The notes beneath the pieces are model-generated. The model searched no databases. It saw only the letters and a list, made by a program, of their open reading frames with translations, and was not told where the DNA came from. From Candidatus Poribacteria bacterium (lineage in GTDB: Bacteria; Poribacteria; WGA-4E; UBA9662), in contig JAYZAL010000026.1 in NCBI GenBank assembly GCA_036339735.1, positions 1 through 64,000 on the forward strand: 64,000 nt of DNA. The letters are read 5' to 3'. Position numbers and translations under genes: made by a program. Shown one piece after another: positions 28,373-37,141 of this stretch (position 1 is its first letter; each line of letters begins with the position of its first letter).

Positions 28373-29422
28373 ATGAAAAATAAGATTCGATTCGGTATTA
28401 TTGGCATTGGTGGTACTATTGGTGGTACAGCTAAAATTTTAGCGAATGAGACAGAAGCGGAGTTAGTAGCGCTAGCTGACCCAGACCCAACTCGCCGAGC
28501 ACGTATTCTAGACGAAACACAAGGCGTCGAAACTTTTGATGACTACAAGATAATGTTACAAAAAGTTCAGCTTGATGCGGTTTGTATAGGTCTGCCAACC
28601 TGGATGCATGCATCTGCGACTCAGGATGCACTAGAATCTGGCTTACATGTCCTCTGTGAAAAACCACCTGCCAATAATGCAGAAGAGATGAAGCCCTTGG
28701 CTCGATTGGCATCAGATAAAAATCTGTCCTGTATGTTCGTTCGTCAATCACGCTTTACTCCACAACTGATGGAAGGGCGACGTTTAGTTGCCAGTGGTGA
28801 ATTAGGCGATGTTTATTATGTAGATACTCGTTGGGTTCGTACTCGGTGGTGTTCAGCTAAGGGTTGGAGACATGACAAGGCGAAAGGTGGAGGTGTTTTG
28901 CTAGATTTAGGCATTCATGCTATCGATAATGCTTGGTTTATGATGGGTTGTCCTAAACCGATAGAAGTTACTGCGGGGTTGTACAACGCTTTTTCAGATT
29001 TAGCACCAGATGGACAAACTTATACTGCCGATGATGCAGCTTGTGGTTTGATACGATTCGACAATAATTGTGTCTTACATTTTACTGTTGCTTTCTCGCT
29101 TAATACGGCTGACGGAAAAACCTCGGAAGATAATCAACCAATCACAACTGAATATCAACGTGTTAGTTTACATGGGACAAAGGGTGGATTAGAAGATGGA
29201 TGTCAGTTAATCGGTACTGCTCAGGGGGTTGAAGTGAAACCTATCGACACATCAGCCTATAGTGGTGATGCCGTTACTTTACAAACCCGTGAATTCATTC
29301 GGTCAATTAAAGAAGAAGATCAACCACTCAATTCTGCCGATCAAGCCGTCATGTTGATGCAGATGCTAGATGGAGCTATGGAATCGAGTGATACTCGATG
29401 TGCGGTAGCAATTGAAGAGTGA
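28373..29422 (+). CDS. Gfo/Idh/MocA family oxidoreductase
   Basis: RFGIIGIG; HVLCEKP; GGGVLLDLGIHAID. Confidence 0.9.
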   Translation: MKNKIRFGIIGIGGTIGGTAKILANETEAELVALADPDPTRRARILDETQGVETFDDYKIMLQKVQLDAVCIGLPTWMHASATQDALESGLHVLCEKPPANNAEEMKPLARLASDKNLSCMFVRQSRFTPQLMEGRRLVASGELGDVYYVDTRWVRTRWCSAKGWRHDKAKGGGVLLDLGIHAIDNAWFMMGCPKPIEVTAGLYNAFSDLAPDGQTYTADDAACGLIRFDNNCVLHFTVAFSLNTADGKTSEDNQPITTEYQRVSLHGTKGGLEDGCQLIGTAQGVEVKPIDTSAYSGDAVTLQTREFIRSIKEEDQPLNSADQAVMLMQMLDGAMESSDTRCAVAIEE

Positions 29423-29507
29423 CAAAGCTATGTGATATCATTCCGTTCACTGTTGTTTTTCGACTGAATCGGCAATCAATTTTTTCAATTCTATTTCAGG
29501 AGTTTTT

Positions 29508-29897
29508 ATGGCTATTTTCCTCCACACCCGTATTCGCGTTAGTGATTTAGACCAGTCTATCAAGTGGTATCAAGACCATCTTGGATTTCAAGTGATTAGT
29601 AGAAGTGATAAATCACCCGCAGGTAACCAAATTGTTCACCTAGAGTTACCTGGTAATGACCACACTCTAGAGCTAACTTACTCCGAAGATTATGACGTAA
29701 ATGTGCCAGAAGACCTGATGCACTTTGCAATTGGTGTACCTGATTTGATTGCTTTCTGCGACCAATTAGAAAATGAAGACGTAGAAATTTGGCCTAGCGA
29801 TTGGCGCCAGACCTTCCCTACAGGACGTAAAATGGCATTTATCGACGATCCAGACGGATACGAGGTTGAACTGCTAGAGCGCGCTGAAGAAAACTAA
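29508..29897 (+). CDS. VOC family protein (lactoylglutathione lyase/glyoxalase I-like)
   Basis: FLHTRIRVSDLDQSIKWY; LELTY; HFAIGV; FIDDPDGYEVEL; AGGAG RBS. Confidence 0.9.
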   Translation: MAIFLHTRIRVSDLDQSIKWYQDHLGFQVISRSDKSPAGNQIVHLELPGNDHTLELTYSEDYDVNVPEDLMHFAIGVPDLIAFCDQLENEDVEIWPSDWRQTFPTGRKMAFIDDPDGYEVELLERAEEN

Positions 29898-29902
29898 GTC
29901 TT

Positions 29903-30835
29903 TTGAATTCGCCATTTACTAGTTCGTTTTCCTCTCTTTTAACTGAACAGGAAAATGAAGATTCAGTCGACATTGACTTAAAATCGAGTACTGAAATTGT
30001 TTCAATCTTCCAGAAAGAGGATCAAAAGGTGCTGTCTGCTGTTGAAGAGCAGGCTTCCGCTATTGCGACTGCTATTGATATGGTGGTGATGGCCTTTCGA
30101 AATGGTGGACGACTTCTCTACATGGGAGCAGGAACTAGTGGCCGGTTAGGTGTATTAGATTCTTCAGAATGTCCACCAACATTCAATACTGAACCAGGTC
30201 AAATCCAAGGACTAATTGCTGGGGGGGACCAAGCTTTACGCCGATCAGTAGAAACAGCCGAAGATAGCCAGAAAATGGGGAGCCAGGTCATCCGGGACAA
30301 CTCAGTCTCTAACGTTGATATCGTAGTAGGCATTGCTAGCAGTGGACGGACACCTTACGTTTTGGGCGGACTAGAACAAGCTCATCTGCTTCGAGCCCAA
30401 ACTATTCTTATATGTTGTGTTCCCTCTAGTCCAAGTGATGCCGATATTAATTATATTGACCATTATATTCGACCCCAGGTTGGTCCAGAAATTATTACAG
30501 GTTCAACTCGTCTCAAGGCAGGAACAGCCACTAAGTTAGTTTTAAATATGTTGACGACCGGAGCTATGATTCAAACAGGGCACGTTTACGGTAACTTGAT
30601 GGTCAATATGCAAGCAAGCAATAGTAAAATCAGAGATAGGGCAATACGGACTGTAATGAGTGTTACTGGCTGTGAACGACCAACAGCGGAGTCTGCTTTA
30701 AATCAGGCTGATGGGCGTGTGAAGGAAGCGATTGTCTGCTTGATTCGGGGAGTCGATGTGTCAATAGCGACCGGATTATTAGAGGCGGAAAATGGCTTTT
30801 TACGGCCTGTTTTAGCCAACCCAGATTCCAGCTAA
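29903..30835 (+). CDS. murQ: N-acetylmuramic acid 6-phosphate etherase
   Basis: GAGTSGRLG; ECPPTF; GIASSGRTPYV; VGPEIITGSTRLKAGTATKLVLNM. Confidence 0.95.
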   Translation: MNSPFTSSFSSLLTEQENEDSVDIDLKSSTEIVSIFQKEDQKVLSAVEEQASAIATAIDMVVMAFRNGGRLLYMGAGTSGRLGVLDSSECPPTFNTEPGQIQGLIAGGDQALRRSVETAEDSQKMGSQVIRDNSVSNVDIVVGIASSGRTPYVLGGLEQAHLLRAQTILICCVPSSPSDADINYIDHYIRPQVGPEIITGSTRLKAGTATKLVLNMLTTGAMIQTGHVYGNLMVNMQASNSKIRDRAIRTVMSVTGCERPTAESALNQADGRVKEAIVCLIRGVDVSIATGLLEAENGFLRPVLANPDSS

Positions 30836-30847
30836 TTTCAGCCCAAA

Positions 30848-31354
30848 TTATCTTTTGGGCTGAAGAACCAATCGATAACGCGCTGTGTCATAGGCTAATT
30901 GATCTTTAGTAGACAACTGAATTGGTGGTGTCTCTCCGTTAATTAAGAACTCCTCCCCTTTTTGTGGGTACCTTTGAATGTAGCGAAGACGTAATTCATT
31001 CCAAGGCATTGACGTCCAATCAGGACTTCCTGGTTGGCCTAAGTCTTCTTGTAAATCGTAGATGCCATAATAATTATTGGGGTTTTCAAAGAAATACGTC
31101 AGTAATTTATCACAGTCAGCTAGGCGATAGTGAGTTCCCCACCCTTCATTCCGTGCTAATGGTAAGCTACTAGATGATTTGGAATTAGTTGGGAGAAGGT
31201 GATTCGTTGTTCTCTCTACTTCGTTTGTATTTGGTGATTGAGTGCTTATCAATTCGCTGCTTTTGTTCAAATTGAGCCTAATTATCAGAGAGATAATACT
31301 AACAACCAACAATAAAATGCCTATAATAAAAAGGCGAACATGCTTGATTTTCAC
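30848..31354 (-). CDS. Hypothetical protein with N-terminal membrane anchor
   Basis: GTG start after AGAGGA RBS; single N-terminal hydrophobic helix followed by a Ser/Thr-rich linker. Confidence 0.7.
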   Translation of the reverse strand: MKIKHVRLFIIGILLLVVSIISLIIRLNLNKSSELISTQSPNTNEVERTTNHLLPTNSKSSSSLPLARNEGWGTHYRLADCDKLLTYFFENPNNYYGIYDLQEDLGQPGSPDWTSMPWNELRLRYIQRYPQKGEEFLINGETPPIQLSTKDQLAYDTARYRLVLQPKR

Positions 31355-31403
31355 GACTTTATCCTCTATACATTGCTAGTTTTTGACTAACGGAGACCAA
31401 ATT

Positions 31404-32135
31404 TTGAAAATTGCTTACTTCGATTGCTTTTCTGGTATTAGTGGAGACATGACACTAGGTGCTCTAGTCGATGTTGGAGTTGATCCTCAACATATTACAG
31501 AAGAGTTAACTAAACTCAATGTAAATAATGAATTTACTTTGACTTTTGAACATACGAAAAAACAGGGGATTTCCGGTACAAAAGCCTCGGTGAATCAAAC
31601 GAAAGATTGCCATCATAGTCGTCATCTGACTGATATTTTTTGCTTATTGGACGAAAGCAAATTAGATGAAAAAATAATCGGTCAGTCGAAAAAAATTTTT
31701 GATCGGTTAGCTACAGCAGAGGCTACTGTTCATCAGATGCCCAAGTCAGAAGTTCATTTGCATGAAGTTAGCGCGATCGATTCAATTGTTGATATTGTTG
31801 GTTCGGTTATCGCTTTAGATATATTGAATGTTGAAAAAGTATTTGCTTCACCGATTTCGGTTGGTACCGGATTCGTTCGTTGCTCTCACGGACTAATGCC
31901 GGTTCCAGTGCCAGGAACAATGGAATTGTTGAAGGACGTTACAATTCGACAGACCCAAATCCGAAAAGAACTAGTCACACCAACAGGGGCAGCAATTGTT
32001 ACTACATTAGCTGCTGGTTTTGGGCCAATGCCAGAATTGACGGTCATGCAAACGGGTTACGGTGCTGGTAGTCGGGATCTACCTGATACACCAAATCTCC
32101 TTAGGGTCATTATCGGAGAAAAAAAAACGGCTTAA
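31404..32135 (+). CDS. larC: Nickel pincer cofactor biosynthesis protein LarC, N-terminal part (LarC1)
   Basis: KIAYFDCFSGISGDMTLGAL; AEATVH; VHLHEVSAIDSIVDI; HGLMPVPVP; ELVTPTGAA; GYGAG; PNLLRV. TTG 31404 has GGAG 8 nt upstream. Confidence 0.93.
   Translation: MKIAYFDCFSGISGDMTLGALVDVGVDPQHITEELTKLNVNNEFTLTFEHTKKQGISGTKASVNQTKDCHHSRHLTDIFCLLDESKLDEKIIGQSKKIFDRLATAEATVHQMPKSEVHLHEVSAIDSIVDIVGSVIALDILNVEKVFASPISVGTGFVRCSHGLMPVPVPGTMELLKDVTIRQTQIRKELVTPTGAAIVTTLAAGFGPMPELTVMQTGYGAGSRDLPDTPNLLRVIIGEKKTA
32119..32127 (+). other. A9 slippery tract (A_AAA_AAA); candidate -1 recoding site joining larC1 to larC2
   Basis: GAA AAA AAA ACG GCT TAA in frame 0; the -1 frame reads AAA AAA AAC GGC TTA ATC CCG GGA AAA ACC CAA ATG with no stop into larC2. 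Confidence 0.75.
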
Positions 32136-32152
32136 TCCCGGGAAAAACCCAA

Positions 32153-32608
32153 ATGTCGTCTCTAATTGATCAGATTGTGGTCATCGAAACGAACGTAGAC
32201 GACCAGTCAGCTGAAATTACGGCCTGGGTTATGGATCAACTGCTCGCAACTGGAGCTTTAGATGTTTTCTTAACGCCCATACTAATGAAAAAAGGTAGAC
32301 CCGCCACTAAAATAACAGTCCTTTCAACAATAGAACAACAATCTGCATTAACTCAATTACTTCTACAACAAAGCACCACTTTTGGTGTTCGCTCTTATTT
32401 AGCAGATCGTCAGAAACTCTCCCGAGATTTTATTGAAGTAGAAACTGAATGGGGGATAGTAAAAGCTAAGCGTGGATTTTTGAATGACTCCATCACGAAA
32501 ATTGTGCCCGAATACGAAGATTGTAGACGGCTAGCAGAAGCCAATCAAGTCCCACTGCGAACCGTCTACGAGACCGTTATACAGGAAATCAAACTAGATG
32601 AAAATTAG
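32153..32608 (+). CDS. larC: LarC C-terminal part (LarC2)
   Basis: IETNVDD; GALDVFLTPILMKKGRP; TTFGVR; VETEWGIVKAK; PEYEDCRRLA. Confidence 0.92.
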   Translation: MSSLIDQIVVIETNVDDQSAEITAWVMDQLLATGALDVFLTPILMKKGRPATKITVLSTIEQQSALTQLLLQQSTTFGVRSYLADRQKLSRDFIEVETEWGIVKAKRGFLNDSITKIVPEYEDCRRLAEANQVPLRTVYETVIQEIKLDEN

Positions 32609-32630
32609 TCGGTTGATTCGTAAATCAAAC

Positions 32631-34142
32631 TTAGAAAGTACTAGCTTTATTAGTAGAAGTACACCACCGCATGGTCATCAGATGATCAATCAGTACACTT
32701 TTGGCTTCTGGTGTACCAATATACTTCAACGCTTCAACTCCATACCCACGTACGTAGCGGTCATTATCCTTTAATGCATCCTTCAGTGCGGGGACTGCCT
32801 CTTCCGCAACTGGACCTATTCGAGCTAAGGATAAAGCTGAGGTAAACCGAGTCTGCTTATCTTCATCTTTAACAAGCGCCCTGGCTAAAGCAGGTACTGA
32901 TGTATCAGTGTTTCCTTGAATAATACCTAGTGCTTCAACCACATTTCGACGAATATTCACTGACTCGTCGTCTAACAAAGAAACCAAATTTGGTACCGAG
33001 TCAACTGCATCTATTTCGCCTAAAATGTAGGCTGCATAACCTCTAGTATCAGCTGATTTGTGATTAAGTAATTCAGTTACTCTTTCTTCTACTACCGAAC
33101 CAACTGCGGTTAAAGCATAAGCTGCATGACGTCGAACCGTTTCGTTTTCGTCTTGCAAAGCATTGGTTAATGGTTCGATAGATTCCGTGCCGATTGCACC
33201 TAAAGCATAGGCTGCATTCAAACCAACGGGTTCAGATGGATCCTTTAGAGATTGGATTAAAGTCGAGATCGCTTCACTTCCATTTTCTCCTAATGCACCT
33301 AGACGATTAGCTGCTTCTATCCGTTCTGGTTGGGTACCAATACGCAAAGCATTAATCCATTTACTAATTTCGACTTCGGTAGCCGAAGCTACTGTTTTAT
33401 CTTCACCTCGTCCACTGGACCAATTCCATAAGTGGTGCCACATAATACTTTGATCGTTTAACAACTGAGAATCGGATGGTGGGCACCAGTCTGTATCCTG
33501 ATTATTCCAAGTTGGAATCGTTGGCGGTTTCATCCGAATAAATTCGAATTTGAGCATGTAACGGGTCAAGTCAGTTTGATTTGCTGTGGCTTGATGCCAC
33601 AAATCATAATGTATAATTGCCATGGTGCCAGCTTCACCAACGGCCGAAAACTTAGTTTCAGATGAGTCTTGTTGTCGAGAAAGATAATACGGACTTCCCG
33701 GCATGACAGCTGTCGGACCGATCTCAATCGGTGTGTCTTGTGGGTAATAAAATGCCATGGCCCACCAAGTACGATGATTACGAACTTTGCCGTATCCCCA
33801 GTAACTATCTTTATGCCAACCACCACCACTACTTCCAGAGCGATTCGTATGTGGATGTCGATGTGGATGCATCATATAATTAGGCCCAATGACACTGGTG
33901 AAAGCTCCACGTACAGTTGGGTGGTTAAACACATCTTGAATTTCTGGTACTCGCGGCAGTAGATTATTACCGGGATTGCCATCCATATCGACAACTTCAT
34001 CTAGTTTTTGATAAATTGTGTCATGAATGCTCTTAGGCAAATCTGGTTTAATAATCACGAAGCCATTAGTCAAAAACTCACGCATTTGCTCATCAGTGAA
34101 CAAGTCATCAGAACTAATAGGGGGTAAATTTGTATCAACCAT
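32631..34142 (-). CDS. PhyH dioxygenase fused to C-terminal HEAT repeats
   Basis: N-terminal GFVII, WHKD, GPTAVMPGS, HYDLWH; then about seven repeats such as AAYALGAIG, VRRHAAYAL, AAYILGEI, SALSLARIG. Confidence 0.9.
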   Translation of the reverse strand: MVDTNLPPISSDDLFTDEQMREFLTNGFVIIKPDLPKSIHDTIYQKLDEVVDMDGNPGNNLLPRVPEIQDVFNHPTVRGAFTSVIGPNYMMHPHRHPHTNRSGSSGGGWHKDSYWGYGKVRNHRTWWAMAFYYPQDTPIEIGPTAVMPGSPYYLSRQQDSSETKFSAVGEAGTMAIIHYDLWHQATANQTDLTRYMLKFEFIRMKPPTIPTWNNQDTDWCPPSDSQLLNDQSIMWHHLWNWSSGRGEDKTVASATEVEISKWINALRIGTQPERIEAANRLGALGENGSEAISTLIQSLKDPSEPVGLNAAYALGAIGTESIEPLTNALQDENETVRRHAAYALTAVGSVVEERVTELLNHKSADTRGYAAYILGEIDAVDSVPNLVSLLDDESVNIRRNVVEALGIIQGNTDTSVPALARALVKDEDKQTRFTSALSLARIGPVAEEAVPALKDALKDNDRYVRGYGVEALKYIGTPEAKSVLIDHLMTMRWCTSTNKASTF

Positions 34143-34172
34143 TGTTTTAATTCTCCAGTATTTAAATTTAGA

Positions 34173-35663
34173 TCAATTTACTGCACCTTCTATTACTTGG
34201 TCAACCGCAGTTTTCCAGCCAGCCAACTTCTCTTGTCGAAGAGATGTGCTCATGGAAGGCGTAAAAACTTGGTCCACTTTTCGGTACTTTTCGAGTTCAG
34301 CTACATCACTCCAAACACCGACGGTTAGTCCGGCCAGATAAGCAGCACCAAGAGCCGTTGTTTCAACCTGCTGAGGGCGTTCAACTGGTCGATCTAGCAG
34401 GTCTGCTTGGAACTGCATGAGAAAATTATTATTAACTGCACCGCCATCTACTTTCAGGTAGTCGAAAGGTAGATTCGCTTCTGCTGCCATTGTCTGTACA
34501 ACATCGACTGTTTGATAGGCTATTGATTCGAGTGTGGCCCTTACTATCTCTGCTCTCCCAATACCACGAGTAAGATTAACAATTGCGCCTCTAGCTGACG
34601 ATTGCCAATAGGGTGTTCCCAAACCAGTAAAAGCGGGCACAACATAGACACCACCGGTGTCTTTTATGCTGTTAGCTATTTGCTCCGTTTCCTGAGCGGT
34701 CTCGATGATTTGTAATTCATCTCGCAACCACTGAATAGCGGCACCTGCTATAAAAACACTTCCCTCTAAAGCGTACGATTTCTGATCAGAAGTAGAGCAG
34801 GCTAAAGTCGTCAATAATCCAGACGAGGACGTCATCCGCTGATTACCAGTTTGCATTAACAAAAAACAACCAGTTCCATACGTATTTTTGATACTACCAG
34901 CTTGTGTACAAAGTTGGCCAAAAAGGGCTGCCTGTTGATCCCCTGCTATACCTGCAATAGGAACTTGGTCAGGTAGACCAACAACACCTTTTGTTGTACC
35001 GAACTGACATCTAGAAGGATATACCTCAGGGAGCATAGGAGCAGGAATCCGAAACAAATCAAGGAGATCAGGAGACCATTTTAATTGATCAATATCAAAC
35101 AGTAACGAACGAGAAGCATTGGTTTCGTCTGTTGCGTGAACTAATCCATCTGTTAGGTTCCAGAGCAACCAAGTATCGATTGTGCCAAAAGCTAACTGTC
35201 CTTGATGAGCTTTTTGGCGATTAACGTCCACTTGGTCTAGAATCCAAGCAATCTTAGTTGCAGAAAAGTATGGGTCTACTACTAGCCCGGTTTTTTGTCG
35301 AACCCACCCCTCGTGCCCATCCAATTTTAGCTGAGAACACATGTCAGTAGTTCGCCGACATTGCCAGACTATAGCGTTGTAGACTGGCTGCCCAGTTTGA
35401 CGATCCCAAACCACTGTCGTTTCCCTTTGGTTAGTGATTCCAACGCCAACGAAATTTCTATCAGATCGAGTTAGTTGAATAATCAGTTTCTGTGTTATTT
35501 GCCAAATTTCGATTGGGTTGTGTTCTACCCAACCAGGCCGTGGGTAGATTTGTGTAAATTCACTGTAAGCCCGATCGACAATTCGGCCATTAACGTCAAC
35601 TACCAGTACGGTTGTACCAGTTGTTCCTTGATCTATAGAAAGAATATAGTCGGCAGTCGCCAT
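34173..35663 (-). CDS. glpK: Glycerol kinase
   Basis: SIDQGTTGT; GITNQRETTVVWD; NAIVWQCRRT; GDQQAALFGQ; KNTYGTGCF; YALEGSVF; VDGGA. Confidence 0.96.
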   Translation of the reverse strand: MATADYILSIDQGTTGTTVLVVDVNGRIVDRAYSEFTQIYPRPGWVEHNPIEIWQITQKLIIQLTRSDRNFVGVGITNQRETTVVWDRQTGQPVYNAIVWQCRRTTDMCSQLKLDGHEGWVRQKTGLVVDPYFSATKIAWILDQVDVNRQKAHQGQLAFGTIDTWLLWNLTDGLVHATDETNASRSLLFDIDQLKWSPDLLDLFRIPAPMLPEVYPSRCQFGTTKGVVGLPDQVPIAGIAGDQQAALFGQLCTQAGSIKNTYGTGCFLLMQTGNQRMTSSSGLLTTLACSTSDQKSYALEGSVFIAGAAIQWLRDELQIIETAQETEQIANSIKDTGGVYVVPAFTGLGTPYWQSSARGAIVNLTRGIGRAEIVRATLESIAYQTVDVVQTMAAEANLPFDYLKVDGGAVNNNFLMQFQADLLDRPVERPQQVETTALGAAYLAGLTVGVWSDVAELEKYRKVDQVFTPSMSTSLRQEKLAGWKTAVDQVIEGAVN

Positions 35664-35709
35664 CTGATTTTACGTGCTAGGGCTAAAATACCCCTTCGGC
35701 TGGTTAAAT

Positions 35710-36663
35710 CTAGCTGGAAAGCTGGCCCACAGGATTAGATAAGGTACCAAAACCAGCAATCTCAATTTGTACCAAATCGCCATCTGCTAACGGCAGGTCA
35801 GATGGAGTTATGATACCGGTTCCCGTAGAAACGACTGTACCCACAGGAACCGGGTTATGTCTCACGAGGTATTCAGTTAATTGCTCAAATTTCCAGTTGA
35901 TCTGATTAGTATTGACTTCTCCCTGATAAATCAATTCGTCGTTCCGTATTATACGACATTTAATATCCAGATCATATGGATTATCTACTTCCGATACCGT
36001 TAATAGCATTGGCCCTAAGGCACAACAACCAGCATAAATTTTGGACTGAGGTAAATAAAGTGGGTTTTCCCGTTCAATATCCCAAGCTGAAACATCATTA
36101 CAAATAGTATAACCGACGATTTCACCATCCCGTCCGAGGATATATGCTAATTCAGGCTCTGTTGCAGTGAAGGTTGAGTCACTGCGAATACCAATTGTGC
36201 CCCCAGAGCCAACACAACGCTCAGATGTAGCCTTGAAAAATAGCTCAGGTCGATCAGAGTTATAAACCTGACTGTAGATATCTGATTGGCTATCATCATC
36301 TCGCATATCAGCGCTCCGCTTGTAGGTAACACCAAAGGCCCAGACTTCTGGTGCATCAATAGGAGCAAGGAGATGAGGTAGATCGGAACTAGGAGGGTTA
36401 TCAAGCTGAGAGAGCTTTAGTTTACCATTTGTACTCGTTTCTTTCTGATCCAAAGCGATGGAAGGTTGCGGAGAATTGACGGATAGCTGTTCCTGAATAT
36501 CAGCTAAGATGATTCCTAGGCTAATACCTTCTTCAATGGAAACTTTCAATAAATCAAGTACTGTTGAAGATTCCTCAGTAGTCACGTCCACGATCTCATT
36601 TTCTCGTGTAACAACACCTACCCGCTTGCCTTTTTTCGGTAAATGATATTGGATCAGCTTCAT
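35710..36663 (-). CDS. Fumarylacetoacetate hydrolase family protein (2-keto-3-deoxypentonate dehydratase-like)
   Basis: EVWAFGVTYKRS; RPELFFKAT; PELA; GYTICNDVSAWDIERENPLYLPQSKIY; STGTGI. Confidence 0.88.
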   Translation of the reverse strand: MKLIQYHLPKKGKRVGVVTRENEIVDVTTEESSTVLDLLKVSIEEGISLGIILADIQEQLSVNSPQPSIALDQKETSTNGKLKLSQLDNPPSSDLPHLLAPIDAPEVWAFGVTYKRSADMRDDDSQSDIYSQVYNSDRPELFFKATSERCVGSGGTIGIRSDSTFTATEPELAYILGRDGEIVGYTICNDVSAWDIERENPLYLPQSKIYAGCCALGPMLLTVSEVDNPYDLDIKCRIIRNDELIYQGEVNTNQINWKFEQLTEYLVRHNPVPVGTVVSTGTGIITPSDLPLADGDLVQIEIAGFGTLSNPVGQLSS

Positions 36664-36682
36664 GATTTATTCCTTTTCAGCT

Positions 36683-37138
36683 TTATTCATACAATACAGC
36701 TGTGTCAATTCTTCTATAGTCAAGAATCTCTACTTCAGAAAAGAAGATTTCTATCTCTTGTATAGCGTTCTGAACAGAATCAGATGCATGCACTACATTA
36801 TGAGCCAAGTGATTGGAAAAATCACCGCGAATAGTACCTGGGCTCGATTCAGATGGGTTCGTAGCACCATTGAGCAAACGTACAATCTCCACAGCATTTT
36901 GCCCTTCTAAACATATGGCAACTATTGGGTCAGTAGTCATAAAATTGACTAGGGATTCGTAAAACGGTTTGCCAAGATGTACTTTGTAAAGTTCCATAGC
37001 CATCTGTTCCGACAAATGAAGCAGTTTTAGTGCGACCAGTTTTAGCCCTTTGCGTTCATACCGGTGGACAATCTGACCTACTAGGCCACGTTGAACTGCA
37101 TCAGGCTTAATGAGAACTAGTGTTTTTTCCGTTTTCAT
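36683..37138 (-). CDS. ndk: Nucleoside-diphosphate kinase
   Basis: EKTLVLIKPDAVQRGLVG; GATNP; PGTIRGDF; NVVHASDS. Confidence 0.97.
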   Translation of the reverse strand: MKTEKTLVLIKPDAVQRGLVGQIVHRYERKGLKLVALKLLHLSEQMAMELYKVHLGKPFYESLVNFMTTDPIVAICLEGQNAVEIVRLLNGATNPSESSPGTIRGDFSNHLAHNVVHASDSVQNAIQEIEIFFSEVEILDYRRIDTAVLYE

Positions 37139-37141
37139 TAG

